Shown: positions 28,163 through 36,670 of the stretch, in pieces
Position numbering within the stretch: position 1 is the stretch's first letter
Layout of the letters: each line of letters begins with the position of its first letter
Sequence record: MZ501080
Origin: Escherichia phage JeanPiccard
Direction: 5' to 3' (one strand)
Length of the DNA: 47,149 nucleotides
Made by a program: the position numbers and the translations under genes
Notes under the pieces: model-generated
What the model saw: only the letters and a program-made list of their open reading frames with translations
Told to the model about the DNA's origin: nothing
Database searches by the model: none

Positions 28163-29084
28163 AGTCTAGTAATTCGCTTGCTTTATATATTCTCTTCCTT
28201 ATGCCTGACTTGAAAAAATTATCATCATTTGGGATTACAACATCAAGATTGCGATCATCAGCAACAGCGAGTAAATCAAAAGCGTGGCGAGTACAAGCGA
28301 TGCGTAACTTGTAGTTTCTAAGCGCGTAAGCAACCATTTCCATGTTGTAACTGGAGTGGCAAACAAGCACGCAGCGGTTGCCAGTAGCAATATTGACGCG
28401 AACACCATCAATCCAATTATCGACCAGATAAGCGTACTCATCATCCTTAAAGGAACCAATAACAGAAACAGATTGGCGAGTATAATCTTTTGCAGCATAA
28501 CTAACATTTCCCTCTTCATTGATAAACATTACATTGCACATTTCTTCTGATATACCTTCACTATAAGCCATAAAGCACGGTACTGCGTGGATTAGTTCGC
28601 CTGACTTTGCCCTGCCAACATCAAAACCGAACTCACTATAAATACCCTCGTATGTACTTAGCGGCGTTGATTCTACTCTTTCCGTCCTTTCCATTATCTC
28701 TAGGCATCTTTCGTGGTCAATCTGAGCGCCCATCTTGTAGAGCTGGGTTCTTGATGCTTGCTTATTTGCCTTATTAACAACTTCTACAGGGATAAGGTTT
28801 AGCCACTCACCGAGAACGTCGATACATTCACTGAATGACTGCCCTCTCATTTTTTGAACCCAGACAATTCCATCTCCCGAGCCGCACTGGTTGCAGATAA
28901 TTCCACCGTCACCATCTACACTAACCTTGTTTGTCCACCTTGCCCTATCGTGACCTCCACAATAAATACATGGCTGGTGCTTCTTGGTCTGGAAGAACTT
29001 TGGGTCAGCGCCGCAGATATTGATAAGCGCCTTATCCCACAGGCCGCGCATTCTGGGTAAAACCTCTTTCTTATCGTGGTGCAT
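28161..29084 (-). CDS. putative DNA primase (zinc-ribbon type)
   Basis: CxxC..CxxC zinc ribbon CIYCGGHDRARW...CNQCGSGDG resembling primase-helicase Zn-binding domains; adjacent to helicase. Confidence 0.6.
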   Translation of the reverse strand: MHHDKKEVLPRMRGLWDKALINICGADPKFFQTKKHQPCIYCGGHDRARWTNKVSVDGDGGIICNQCGSGDGIVWVQKMRGQSFSECIDVLGEWLNLIPVEVVNKANKQASRTQLYKMGAQIDHERCLEIMERTERVESTPLSTYEGIYSEFGFDVGRAKSGELIHAVPCFMAYSEGISEEMCNVMFINEEGNVSYAAKDYTRQSVSVIGSFKDDEYAYLVDNWIDGVRVNIATGNRCVLVCHSSYNMEMVAYALRNYKLRIACTRHAFDLLAVADDRNLDVVIPNDDNFFKSGIRKRIYKASELLD

Positions 29085-29142
29085 ATCAGTCTATCTCTTA
29101 ACAAATAAAAAAGGATGTACCGATTATGGCACATCCAATTCT

Positions 29143-29616
29143 TTACTCTTTAGCTTTTCGTGCTGCTTCGTTGGCGGCCTTGATCTTGCGCCATGATCGA
29201 CACTCTGGCTTGGTGGCTAATTCAGCCTCAGTAACAACGCGCAGCATGTGACGTTTTTTGCATCGTAGTGTAAGCGGTTTTCCGTTACCGTCGAATTGCA
29301 GGTCCGGTCGACAGAATGTAGCGCGAAAACCTTCCCCAGTTCGTTTGTAGTAGTTATGCGACAGTTGAGCGCCACGTGCAGAAATCATACCACGCTTAAA
29401 CCATTCTTCCACGGCCTGAGGAGTTACCTTTAGCTGCTTTGCGATATTCGCCTTTGTGCCGAAGAAATCAAGTAGCATCTCAAGCCGCGCACGTAGCCCT
29501 GCCCTTACTTCATCTTTTAAAACGTAGTAGCCTGAAGGTCGTTTGCGCTTCTTTTTGTCTTCAGTGCGGACGGTTCCGTTATTCCCGTTAATGGTTCGCT
29601 TGTCTACTGCATTCAT
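29143..29616 (-). CDS. HTH DNA-binding protein (putative transcriptional regulator)
   Basis: helix-turn-helix-like segment ANIAKQLKVTPQAVEEWFKRG; basic termini. Confidence 0.55.
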   Translation of the reverse strand: MNAVDKRTINGNNGTVRTEDKKKRKRPSGYYVLKDEVRAGLRARLEMLLDFFGTKANIAKQLKVTPQAVEEWFKRGMISARGAQLSHNYYKRTGEGFRATFCRPDLQFDGNGKPLTLRCKKRHMLRVVTEAELATKPECRSWRKIKAANEAARKAKE

Positions 29617-29629
29617 TTCATCACCTCAA

Positions 29630-29648
29630 TAGCATTTTTTGTTAAAAG
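29630..29648 (+). promoter_or_regulatory. dyad motif TAGCATttttTGTTAAAAG (family copy h) in divergent intergenic region
   Basis: one mismatch from family consensus; upstream of helicase gene. Confidence 0.35.
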
Positions 29649-29717
29649 TCATTCTGGTTTAATGGTATTATTGTAATCAATTAAACGCTACAAGACAATT
29701 TTTATAGGAATTTAGAT

Positions 29718-31712
29718 ATGTTACCTATCGAGAAGCTGGTTGCAAACTTTGATAAAGAAAGAATTAAACAGATTCAGAAAGATTACCAGTTTGGCGAGAT
29801 AACCCCTTACGAGTTCCAGTGCGTTACATTTGATGCAATTGGGAAGGCTATTGGCAAGTATGAGGCCCCATTTATCGCAGATCTTTCTGTGTCTGCTGGT
29901 AAGACAATCATTCTTGCCATGATTGGTAAGCGCATGGAGCAATTGGGATTGCCTTACATGGTTCTATCTCGCCAGTCAGAGATAATCAGCCAGAACTCAG
30001 AGGAACTTCGTAACTTCGGCATCCGTAACAGCGTATATTGCGCCGGCCTTAACGTTAAATCAGTTTATTACCCAACCATAGTTGCTAGTGAGGGCACGGC
30101 AGCCAACGGCTTGTTTAAGGGGCTTGGTGACTACGTCCCTGCAGTTATCGCAATAGACGAATGTCACATGGTCGATCACATGGATATTGTAGAAGCTGAG
30201 GAGAACGAAGAAACATTTGAGCAAATGAGCACAAAGAAAGGAGAAATGGTATTTAAAGATGGCGTTAATACCGGATTGCTTGGCACTGGTCGTGCGCAGT
30301 ACACGCTAATCATCACCGAAATGAAAAGGCGATGCCGCGAGAAGTACGGTCGCGAGCTTAGAATTTTTGGCCTAACTGGCAGCCCGTATCGAAATAACGA
30401 TCACATAGTGGTTAGCAATCCAAATGTTCGTGGATTCTGGCGCAAGACAGTGATTCAGGTGCCAACTAATTACCTTGTTGATTTGGGATTTGTTGTGCCT
30501 ACTGTTTATGGCGAGGTTGGCGATTTGGGTTACGATCTTAGTGAGTTTGTGCCCGATGGGAACGATGGCGTGAAGGACTTTGGCAAGAAAGAAATGGATG
30601 CAATGGAAGAGAAAATCCACCAAAGCCAATCCATGACGCAAAAGATTATGCAATTTGCTGCAAAGTTCATGGAGACTCGTAACTCGGCTCTTGTGACATG
30701 TTCTGGTAAGCGTCACTGCGAGGAAGCGGCAGCGTCGCTTCCTGATGGTGTGACATGGGCTATAGTAACTGACTCTACAGGTGAGAAAAAGCGCCGTGAG
30801 ATTCTGGCTGATGCATATGAAGGTAAGTATAAATTCATATTTCAGATAGGTTGCCTCACAACCGGCGTTAACGTTCCACCATGGGATACATCAATCATTC
30901 TGCGCAAAGTTGGTAGTATCACGCTTCTTATTCAGCTTTTGGGTAGAGGAATGCGAATTCTTAAGAAGAAGCATAAGGAAATGGGAATGGTTAAGGATGA
31001 TCACGTGGTGCTTGACTTTGCTGGTACTCTTGATGACATGGCAGAATTGTACTTTGACCCAATCATAGAAGAAGTTCAGGACCAGAAGTTCAAATCGTCA
31101 CGAAAAAGTGGCGACAATCCAAGGGTATGTCCTGCCTGCGGCTATGAGAACTCTCCTTTTGCTCGTCGCTGCAATAACGTAATTGATGGGAAACGTTGTG
31201 AGCATTTTTTTAAATTTCGCTTGTGCGAAGACATAGAGGACCAGCAGACAAAAGTTACTATTAAGAAAGGTTGTGGTGAGAAGAATGATATTGCCGCTAA
31301 AAACTGCAGGTGCTGTGGCGAGATGCTTATTGACCCTAACGCAAAGTTGTCTGGAAAGATGTATCGACAAGGGGATTGGTTGAGAGTTTACGGATTCAGT
31401 ATTGGGTTAACTAAAAACCAAACCGGAATCGTTGCTCGATATGAAATCATGGCTCACAGCGGGGATAGGTTTGTTGCTTACGAAACTTTCTTTCCAGAGA
31501 GTGATCATCGCGTCTGCTCTGTAAAGTGGAAGGCGTTTTGCCAAACCCACATCGCCAACAAAACAGAAGCATTTCGCATCGGAAGACTTCGAAACACTAA
31601 AATGATTATGACCAATGCAAGTCAATTCCGTGAACCTATGAGAGTGACGCACAGAAAAAACCAGAAAGGTCAGGATATTATCGCAAATAAATCTTTTACT
31701 ATGGAGGATTGA
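29718..31712 (+). CDS. ATP-dependent DNA helicase (SF2-like) with C-terminal zinc-ribbon region
   Basis: Walker A SAGKT, Walker B/DExH-like IDECH; C-terminal CPACG..C..CRCCG cysteine clusters. Confidence 0.75.
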   Translation: MLPIEKLVANFDKERIKQIQKDYQFGEITPYEFQCVTFDAIGKAIGKYEAPFIADLSVSAGKTIILAMIGKRMEQLGLPYMVLSRQSEIISQNSEELRNFGIRNSVYCAGLNVKSVYYPTIVASEGTAANGLFKGLGDYVPAVIAIDECHMVDHMDIVEAEENEETFEQMSTKKGEMVFKDGVNTGLLGTGRAQYTLIITEMKRRCREKYGRELRIFGLTGSPYRNNDHIVVSNPNVRGFWRKTVIQVPTNYLVDLGFVVPTVYGEVGDLGYDLSEFVPDGNDGVKDFGKKEMDAMEEKIHQSQSMTQKIMQFAAKFMETRNSALVTCSGKRHCEEAAASLPDGVTWAIVTDSTGEKKRREILADAYEGKYKFIFQIGCLTTGVNVPPWDTSIILRKVGSITLLIQLLGRGMRILKKKHKEMGMVKDDHVVLDFAGTLDDMAELYFDPIIEEVQDQKFKSSRKSGDNPRVCPACGYENSPFARRCNNVIDGKRCEHFFKFRLCEDIEDQQTKVTIKKGCGEKNDIAAKNCRCCGEMLIDPNAKLSGKMYRQGDWLRVYGFSIGLTKNQTGIVARYEIMAHSGDRFVAYETFFPESDHRVCSVKWKAFCQTHIANKTEAFRIGRLRNTKMIMTNASQFREPMRVTHRKNQKGQDIIANKSFTMED

Positions 31713-31713
31713 T

Positions 31714-32133
31714 ATGAAAATTACAGATAAGGTTGATTACATTGAGTTTTACCCAGGCCCTGTTAATTCATGCCCTAAAGAGGATGACGAACAAATCTTT
31801 TGCTCTGATTGGGTTAAGTATAACTATCCAGACATGGTGTTTTTCCACTGCGTGAATGAGGGTAAGAAAACAATTGGACAAGCAAGAAAAGACCAGGCTA
31901 AGGGTTTATTGAAGGGCGTATCTGACTGCATGTTTCTGATACCTGAATCTATCCGAGGCAAATACCCTTTCGGAGCCATAGAGCTAAAGAGGGCAGGAAA
32001 AACACAGGCAAGCCCAGTCAGTGACGAACAGAAGTCCTTCCTGAAAAGCGTAAGAGAATCAGGCGGCTTCGCGGCTGTAGCCTATGGTCGCGAGGGTTTT
32101 CTGGCAGCATTCAAAGAAATGATTTCAAAATAG
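31714..32133 (+). CDS. VRR-NUC domain nuclease
   Basis: 139 aa; segment GAIELKRAGKTQASPVSDEQKSFLKSV typical of VRR-NUC proteins; coupled to helicase. Confidence 0.6.
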   Translation: MKITDKVDYIEFYPGPVNSCPKEDDEQIFCSDWVKYNYPDMVFFHCVNEGKKTIGQARKDQAKGLLKGVSDCMFLIPESIRGKYPFGAIELKRAGKTQASPVSDEQKSFLKSVRESGGFAAVAYGREGFLAAFKEMISK

Positions 32134-32148
32134 CACGAATTGCTAAAG
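32131..32148 (+). promoter_or_regulatory. dyad motif TAGCACGAATTGCTAAAG (family copy i); TAG is the VRR-NUC stop
   Basis: exact 17-mer TAGCACGAATTGCTAAA shared with copies j, p, q. Confidence 0.45.
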
Positions 32149-32211
32149 GTATTTCGCAGGGATGCGATATAGTTACCCCATCGAAACGAAACACTAAAAG
32201 AGAGAAACAAA

Positions 32212-32415
32212 ATGGCCACTATCTACACCACTAAGAAATACATTTCACGTAAAACTGGTTACGAGTATAACCTGGTTCTTGATGACTCGCTCGGCATGCT
32301 TCTCGCTGACGCTGAAGATGCTGAATACTGCTTTGAAGTTAGCTCGACTTACAAAGATGATTTAGAAACTGTTAAAAACGTATTCGGCGAAAAATTTGAT
32401 GAGGTGTCAGAATGA
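32212..32415 (+). CDS. hypothetical small acidic protein (paralog A)
   Basis: 67 aa; C-terminal 23 aa identical to paralog B (YKDDLETVKNVFGEKFDEVSE). Confidence 0.55.
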   Translation: MATIYTTKKYISRKTGYEYNLVLDDSLGMLLADAEDAEYCFEVSSTYKDDLETVKNVFGEKFDEVSE

Positions 32416-32453
32416 GAGTGGTAGTTGTAAACTGGAAAACTGGAGAGGATTCA
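32347..32453 (+). repeat. 107-bp direct repeat, copy 1
   Basis: differs at 3 positions from 32658..32764. Confidence 0.85.
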
Positions 32454-32459
32454 AAATAG
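32412..32459 (+). pseudogene. truncated 5' remnant (15 codons) of small ORF duplicated at 32723..32881
   Basis: MRVVVVNWKTGEDS then premature TAG supplied by the dyad motif. Confidence 0.5.
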
Positions 32460-32474
32460 CACGAATTGCTAAAC
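32457..32474 (+). promoter_or_regulatory. dyad motif TAGCACGAATTGCTAAAC (family copy j)
   Basis: sits exactly at the junction where the duplicated segment ends. Confidence 0.45.
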
Positions 32475-32531
32475 TATGACGCATGGAAGCGTGTATTATC
32501 AACTCATCGAAAAGAAACTAGGAGAGAAAAA

Positions 32532-32726
32532 ATGAATACTATCTATACTGCTAAATTCTACGAATCACGCAAAACCGGTTACCAGTATGAATTAGTAATT
32601 ACAGATGACGGTTATTTTCTTGATGATGGTGAGGGGTACTCATTCGAAGTTAGCCCAACCTACAAGGATGATTTAGAGACTGTTAAAAACGTATTCGGCG
32701 AAAAATTTGATGAGGTGTCAGAATGA
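32532..32726 (+). CDS. hypothetical small acidic protein (paralog B)
   Basis: 64 aa from ATG 32532 (GGAGAG RBS); paralog of 32212..32415. Confidence 0.55.
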   Translation: MNTIYTAKFYESRKTGYQYELVITDDGYFLDDGEGYSFEVSPTYKDDLETVKNVFGEKFDEVSE

Positions 32727-32764
32727 GAGTGGTAGTTGTAAACTGGAAAACTGGAGAGGATTCA
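32658..32764 (+). repeat. 107-bp direct repeat, copy 2
   Basis: near-identical to 32347..32453. Confidence 0.85.
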
Positions 32765-32881
32765 GAATTCTTCTTCAATACATTCTCGCAATACATTGAT
32801 AAGTATGTTTTCGTTATTGATGGTGAGTGTGAGGTTGTTGTTCCTATTAAGCTAATTGATGGATTGGGAGTATCAGGATAA
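32723..32881 (+). CDS. hypothetical small protein (full-length copy of truncated ORF)
   Basis: 52 aa; ATGA overlap upstream and TAATG overlap downstream. Confidence 0.45.
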   Translation: MRVVVVNWKTGEDSEFFFNTFSQYIDKYVFVIDGECEVVVPIKLIDGLGVSG

Positions 32882-33102
32882 TGGCAATTTTTACATTTGA
32901 GAATCAATGGGAAGCATTTAAGGTAATGGCAGCGGAGGAATTATACAAGGCATATTATAAGCGTGATTTATGGGGATTGGTGCATTGCCTGGATATGAGC
33001 TTTGAAGAAGACTACCTGAACACCGATATCGAAACATGGCGAGACAGGATGGTTGCTGATATCGAAGAGATGAAAAAAGATTGCCCGGAGGATTTTTTAT
33101 GA
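32881..33102 (+). CDS. hypothetical protein
   Basis: 73 aa ORF, translationally coupled. Confidence 0.45.
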   Translation: MAIFTFENQWEAFKVMAAEELYKAYYKRDLWGLVHCLDMSFEEDYLNTDIETWRDRMVADIEEMKKDCPEDFL

Positions 33103-33284
33103 TTGGCATCTGCGTAAAAACGAATGGGCAATTTACACTACTCGAGGATTACGAAATCAACTCTCATTCAGATGAGGTAACAGTGTTTAGCGATGATGGA
33201 TGCTATTGGTTCCTTAGTTATCAAGGTGATGGCTACTACGGATGCATTGATTCAAACGGAAAAGAAGTTAGTTTCTTAGTCTAA
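33099..33284 (+). CDS. hypothetical protein
   Basis: 61 aa from ATG 33099 (GGAGG RBS). Confidence 0.45.
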   Translation: MIGICVKTNGQFTLLEDYEINSHSDEVTVFSDDGCYWFLSYQGDGYYGCIDSNGKEVSFLV

Positions 33285-33303
33285 TAGCACTTTTTGTTAA
33301 AAC
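33285..33303 (+). promoter_or_regulatory. dyad motif TAGCACttttTGTTAAAAC (family copy k)
   Basis: immediately after stop codon of upstream gene. Confidence 0.4.
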
Positions 33304-33359
33304 TAAAATCCACGGATGGATTATATTAAGCACATAAACAACGCAGAGGATTTTGAATA

Positions 33360-33488
33360 ATGAAAATCGTAGACAAAGAAATGTTTGAAATTGCACAGAC
33401 TTATGCAAATGAAGCAGTTAAAACCGGCTCATATTTCTACTGGATGTGCGCTAAAGAATACCTGAAAATGGCTTACGGGTTATGATAA
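33360..33488 (+). CDS. hypothetical small protein (42 aa)
   Basis: ATG after AGAGGA RBS; ATGA-coupled to next ORF. Confidence 0.35.
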
Positions 33489-33730
33489 TTGAAACTGGGC
33501 GCGAAGCTGTATGGGCGCATTGCGGGGAGGCTGGATTGCAAGATGACATTAAGCAGATATCCCGCTTCTTTGAAATAAAAGATATCAGCGTTGTCTTTAA
33601 TGGTAAATTCTCATACATGGATGAGCGACCAAGAAAATACGTAAGAGTTAAGCCAGGTGTCAGGATTGATGTTAATGAATTCCTTAAATCTGAGGGATTC
33701 AAGTTTAAGATAACGAAGTCTAAGGATTAA
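33482..33730 (+). CDS. hypothetical protein
   Basis: 82 aa ORF. Confidence 0.45.
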   Translation: MIIETGREAVWAHCGEAGLQDDIKQISRFFEIKDISVVFNGKFSYMDERPRKYVRVKPGVRIDVNEFLKSEGFKFKITKSKD

Positions 33731-33732
33731 GT

Positions 33733-33984
33733 ATGTTGGGTTTAGATTTTCAGCCAGAGCATTATGATTTAGTGTATGGGCAAAGTGGATCGAAGTTTAG
33801 AGCGATACCTATTGCTGACTGGTTCCCTCCTGACTATGTTGATGTGAACGCAAAAACTAAAGAAGGAAAGTGGGTACAGATTTACTACTCCCCAGCATGC
33901 GGAAACCTTTGCATGACTGACCTTGATCAGAAATTAGCAATTAGTGCGGAAGTGATAGACTACTGGTTGAAAGAAGTTGAATGA
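33733..33984 (+). CDS. hypothetical protein
   Basis: 83 aa ORF with AAGGA RBS. Confidence 0.45.
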   Translation: MLGLDFQPEHYDLVYGQSGSKFRAIPIADWFPPDYVDVNAKTKEGKWVQIYYSPACGNLCMTDLDQKLAISAEVIDYWLKEVE

Positions 33985-34067
33985 CGAGCCTAATACTAGT
34001 AGCATCGTTACCACTGTTTAGCTTTACTATCTTATACTTTATCGTAATGAATTAAGGAACTTTTATA

Positions 34068-35198
34068 ATGGCAACCGCAAAAATCACCAACGAACAATTG
34101 CGCGAAGAGTTAGCAAATGGCATGACCAACAAGGCAATCGCAGAGAAGTACGGAATGAACATTCGCAACGTTGAATTGCGTCGCAGTAAATTAGCTAAAC
34201 AAGGCGAAGGGCATGGTCGCGATGTAAGCAACTTAATCCCTCAGGGCTATGCAGTTAAAGGCGTCTCCAGCTTAATTGGTGCTGATGGCGAGATTAAGCA
34301 ACAGTGGGTTAAATCAGATATCGACAAGGAGAAGCAAGAAGAGATGATGCTTCAGGCAATTCAGGCCCTAACTGATGAGTTGCCGCGTGAGAAAGCTAAA
34401 GCTTTAAGGGTTGGTTTATGGGAAGATACTTTAAGCCTTTACCCCGTGTTCGACCTCCACATTGGAGCAATGGCTCATCATGCTGAGTGTGGTGAGAACT
34501 ATAGTACTGAAATCGCTGAGAGAGTTCTTAATGATTACTTTGATTACGCGGTTGCAAAGGCCCCCAACTCCAAGAAAGCTGTATTGCTGATTGGGGGTGA
34601 CTTCCTTCACTCTGACGGAATGGAAGCGGTAACACCAACCAGTCGTCATGTTCTTGATCAAGATAGCCGTTATCACAAACTTGTTTACGTAGCAGTGCGA
34701 GCGACACGTCGAGCAATTAGCCGTATGCTTGATAAGCACGCCGAGGTTGAGGTTCAGATTATTCCAGGTAACCACGATCTCTCAGGTATGATTTGGCTTC
34801 GTGCTGCAATGGCAGCTTTCTATATGGATGAGCCTCGAGTTAATGTTGATGCGTCCCCCGCTGCGCTTCACGTAACGCAATTTGGGAAGACGCTGCTTGG
34901 TTACTGCCATGGGCACGAACTCAAAAAGCCTGATACCCGACTATCAGCACTGGCTCGTGACCATCGCAAAGCATTTGGTGAATCAGAGTATGTTTACACC
35001 CATTCAGGCCACTATCACCATCAAACTATTACGGAAGGAAATCTGGGTATTGATGAATCACACGGCCAGCTTGGAGCGAAAGATGCGTACAGTGCTAACG
35101 GAGGTTATCGCTCTTACCGACAGGCTTCGGTGATAATTTATAGTCCTGAGTTTGGTGAGATTGGACGATTTACTTGCCGCCCGGAAATGTTTAGTTAA
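34068..35198 (+). CDS. calcineurin-like metallophosphoesterase with N-terminal HTH-like domain
   Basis: phosphoesterase motifs GDFLHSD and GNHD plus His-rich C-terminal HSGHYHH; N-terminal GMTNKAIAEKYGMNIRNV resembles an HTH. Confidence 0.65.
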   Translation: MATAKITNEQLREELANGMTNKAIAEKYGMNIRNVELRRSKLAKQGEGHGRDVSNLIPQGYAVKGVSSLIGADGEIKQQWVKSDIDKEKQEEMMLQAIQALTDELPREKAKALRVGLWEDTLSLYPVFDLHIGAMAHHAECGENYSTEIAERVLNDYFDYAVAKAPNSKKAVLLIGGDFLHSDGMEAVTPTSRHVLDQDSRYHKLVYVAVRATRRAISRMLDKHAEVEVQIIPGNHDLSGMIWLRAAMAAFYMDEPRVNVDASPAALHVTQFGKTLLGYCHGHELKKPDTRLSALARDHRKAFGESEYVYTHSGHYHHQTITEGNLGIDESHGQLGAKDAYSANGGYRSYRQASVIIYSPEFGEIGRFTCRPEMFS

Positions 35199-35216
35199 TA
35201 GCACTTTTTGCCTAAC
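35199..35216 (+). promoter_or_regulatory. degenerate dyad motif TAGCACttttTGCCTAAC (family copy l)
   Basis: directly after stop of phosphoesterase gene; followed by ATAATTACCACATCGAAACGAA leader. Confidence 0.3.
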
Positions 35217-35282
35217 GCATGCCGTAGAAATGCGGCATAATTACCACATCGAAACGAAATGAACTAAACGAGGAAACACAAA

Positions 35283-35459
35283 ATGACTAAAATGATTTAT
35301 TGCACCAAAAACAACTCCAAGACGCTACCATTTACAGTTAACCAGCCGTACAATGCAGAGTACCAGGGTGATGGATATTACAAGATTTACGGCGACGATA
35401 TGACGTGGATTTTAGCGCCGATTGAAGGTTCACTGGTTGAATTCATTATCGCTGACTAG
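35283..35459 (+). CDS. hypothetical small protein (58 aa)
   Basis: ATG with ACGAGGAAA RBS downstream of motif and leader. Confidence 0.4.
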   Translation: MTKMIYCTKNNSKTLPFTVNQPYNAEYQGDGYYKIYGDDMTWILAPIEGSLVEFIIAD

Positions 35460-35485
35460 CACAGAAAAAACATAGCGTTACGAAC

Positions 35486-35511
35486 GGGGAGCCTTTTGGC
35501 TCCCTTTTTTT
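35486..35511 (+). terminator. rho-independent terminator
   Basis: hairpin GGGGAGCCttttGGCTCCC followed by T8. Confidence 0.65.
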
Positions 35512-35589
35512 GTGCTTCTTTTACGAGCAGGGCTAATGTATCATTCTTTTACTAACTTAAACATTGACAAATACATAAAGGTGGATCAC

Positions 35590-35805
35590 ATGAGGGAAGT
35601 AATTAACGCCGCTACGGCATCAACTGGCGGTGCCGCGGTAACTGGCGCAGCAACTGGTCAAATGACCATAGCAATAATCAGTCTTATCGCTCTTATCATT
35701 TTTGGTGCGTGGGGGGCTTACTGGAAGTATAAGGACAGCCAGGCGATTCGCAGAGCACTTGAGTCGGGAGATTTAAAGACAGCAATCAAGATAAGGAGCA
35801 AATAA
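35590..35805 (+). CDS. holin (single-TM, pinholin-like)
   Basis: 71 aa from ATG 35590 (AAAGGTGG RBS); one TM segment MTIAIISLIALIIFGAWGAYW; charged C-terminus; precedes endolysin. Confidence 0.6.
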   Translation: MREVINAATASTGGAAVTGAATGQMTIAIISLIALIIFGAWGAYWKYKDSQAIRRALESGDLKTAIKIRSK

Positions 35806-36291
35806 ATGAAGCAGAAGCTGCTAATTAGCGCGGCTACGGCTGCGGCAATATACATCGCAGCACCGCTTATTGAGCTCGTTGAGGGTGTGGAGAACGAGAC
35901 TTACATAGACATTGCCGGGGTGAAAACCGTATGCGCAGGTGTCACTGGCCCTGACGTGGTTTGGGGTAAAACATACAGCAACAGTGAATGCCGGAAGCTG
36001 CTGGAGAAACACATTCAAATTCACGCAAAGCATGTTCAGAATGCAGTTACCCACCCAATTGCACCGCAGACAATGGCGGCTTTAATCAGTTTTAGCTACA
36101 ACGTTGGCGGTCATGCCATGAAGAATTCAACGGCAATCCGACTAATCAATCAGGGTAAAGTGGAGCAGGGTTGCAAGGCTCTCGGGATGTGGACAAAGGC
36201 TACCGTTAATGGCAAGAAGGTTGTCGTTAAGGGGTTAGTGAATCGCAGGAATGAGGAGATTAAGTTATGCTTAAGTGGGTTGCAGCGTTAG
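35806..36291 (+). CDS. endolysin, lysozyme-like with N-terminal SAR (signal-anchor-release) domain
   Basis: weakly hydrophobic Ala/Gly-rich N-terminus LLISAATAAAIYIAAPLI followed by lysozyme catalytic region ENETYID...T. Confidence 0.8.
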   Translation: MKQKLLISAATAAAIYIAAPLIELVEGVENETYIDIAGVKTVCAGVTGPDVVWGKTYSNSECRKLLEKHIQIHAKHVQNAVTHPIAPQTMAALISFSYNVGGHAMKNSTAIRLINQGKVEQGCKALGMWTKATVNGKKVVVKGLVNRRNEEIKLCLSGLQR

Positions 36292-36656
36292 TAATGTGCG
36301 TATCTTTATCTGGATGTTCAGCGACTGATGCACTGACCGGATTGATTGGCAGTAAGCCGGAAATTAGTGCGCAGGCTGGTGCAGAGAATAACAAGGTTGG
36401 AGTTGGGTTAACGAATAAGGTTGACTCAAGTAACTCCAGCGAAGCCACTGTGAAAGACTCTAAAGTTGGCTCGCTAGATAGCTCAAGCGGGAAAAAGACT
36501 GCTGACAACTCTATTAAGGCATCTACAATCACCGCGGAAAAGATTGAGATTACCAACAACGAATCATCCGCACTTCCGTGGATTGGAACTGGAGCAATGG
36601 GGTTGCTGGTTCTGATTCTCATGGCATTAATCTTAAGACGTAAAAAAGCCTCCTAA
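36267..36656 (+). CDS. unimolecular spanin (u-spanin, T1 gp11-like)
   Basis: N-terminal lipoprotein signal with lipobox LSGC, Ser/Thr-rich periplasmic region, C-terminal TM GAMGLLVLILMALIL then RRKKAS. Confidence 0.7.
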   Translation: MLKWVAALVMCVSLSGCSATDALTGLIGSKPEISAQAGAENNKVGVGLTNKVDSSNSSEATVKDSKVGSLDSSSGKKTADNSIKASTITAEKIEITNNESSALPWIGTGAMGLLVLILMALILRRKKAS

Positions 36657-36668
36657 TGGAGGCTATAT
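36645..36668. terminator. bidirectional terminator
   Basis: hairpin GCCTCCtaatGGAGGC with flanking A-run and T-rich tail. Confidence 0.5.
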
Positions 36669-36670
36669 TT

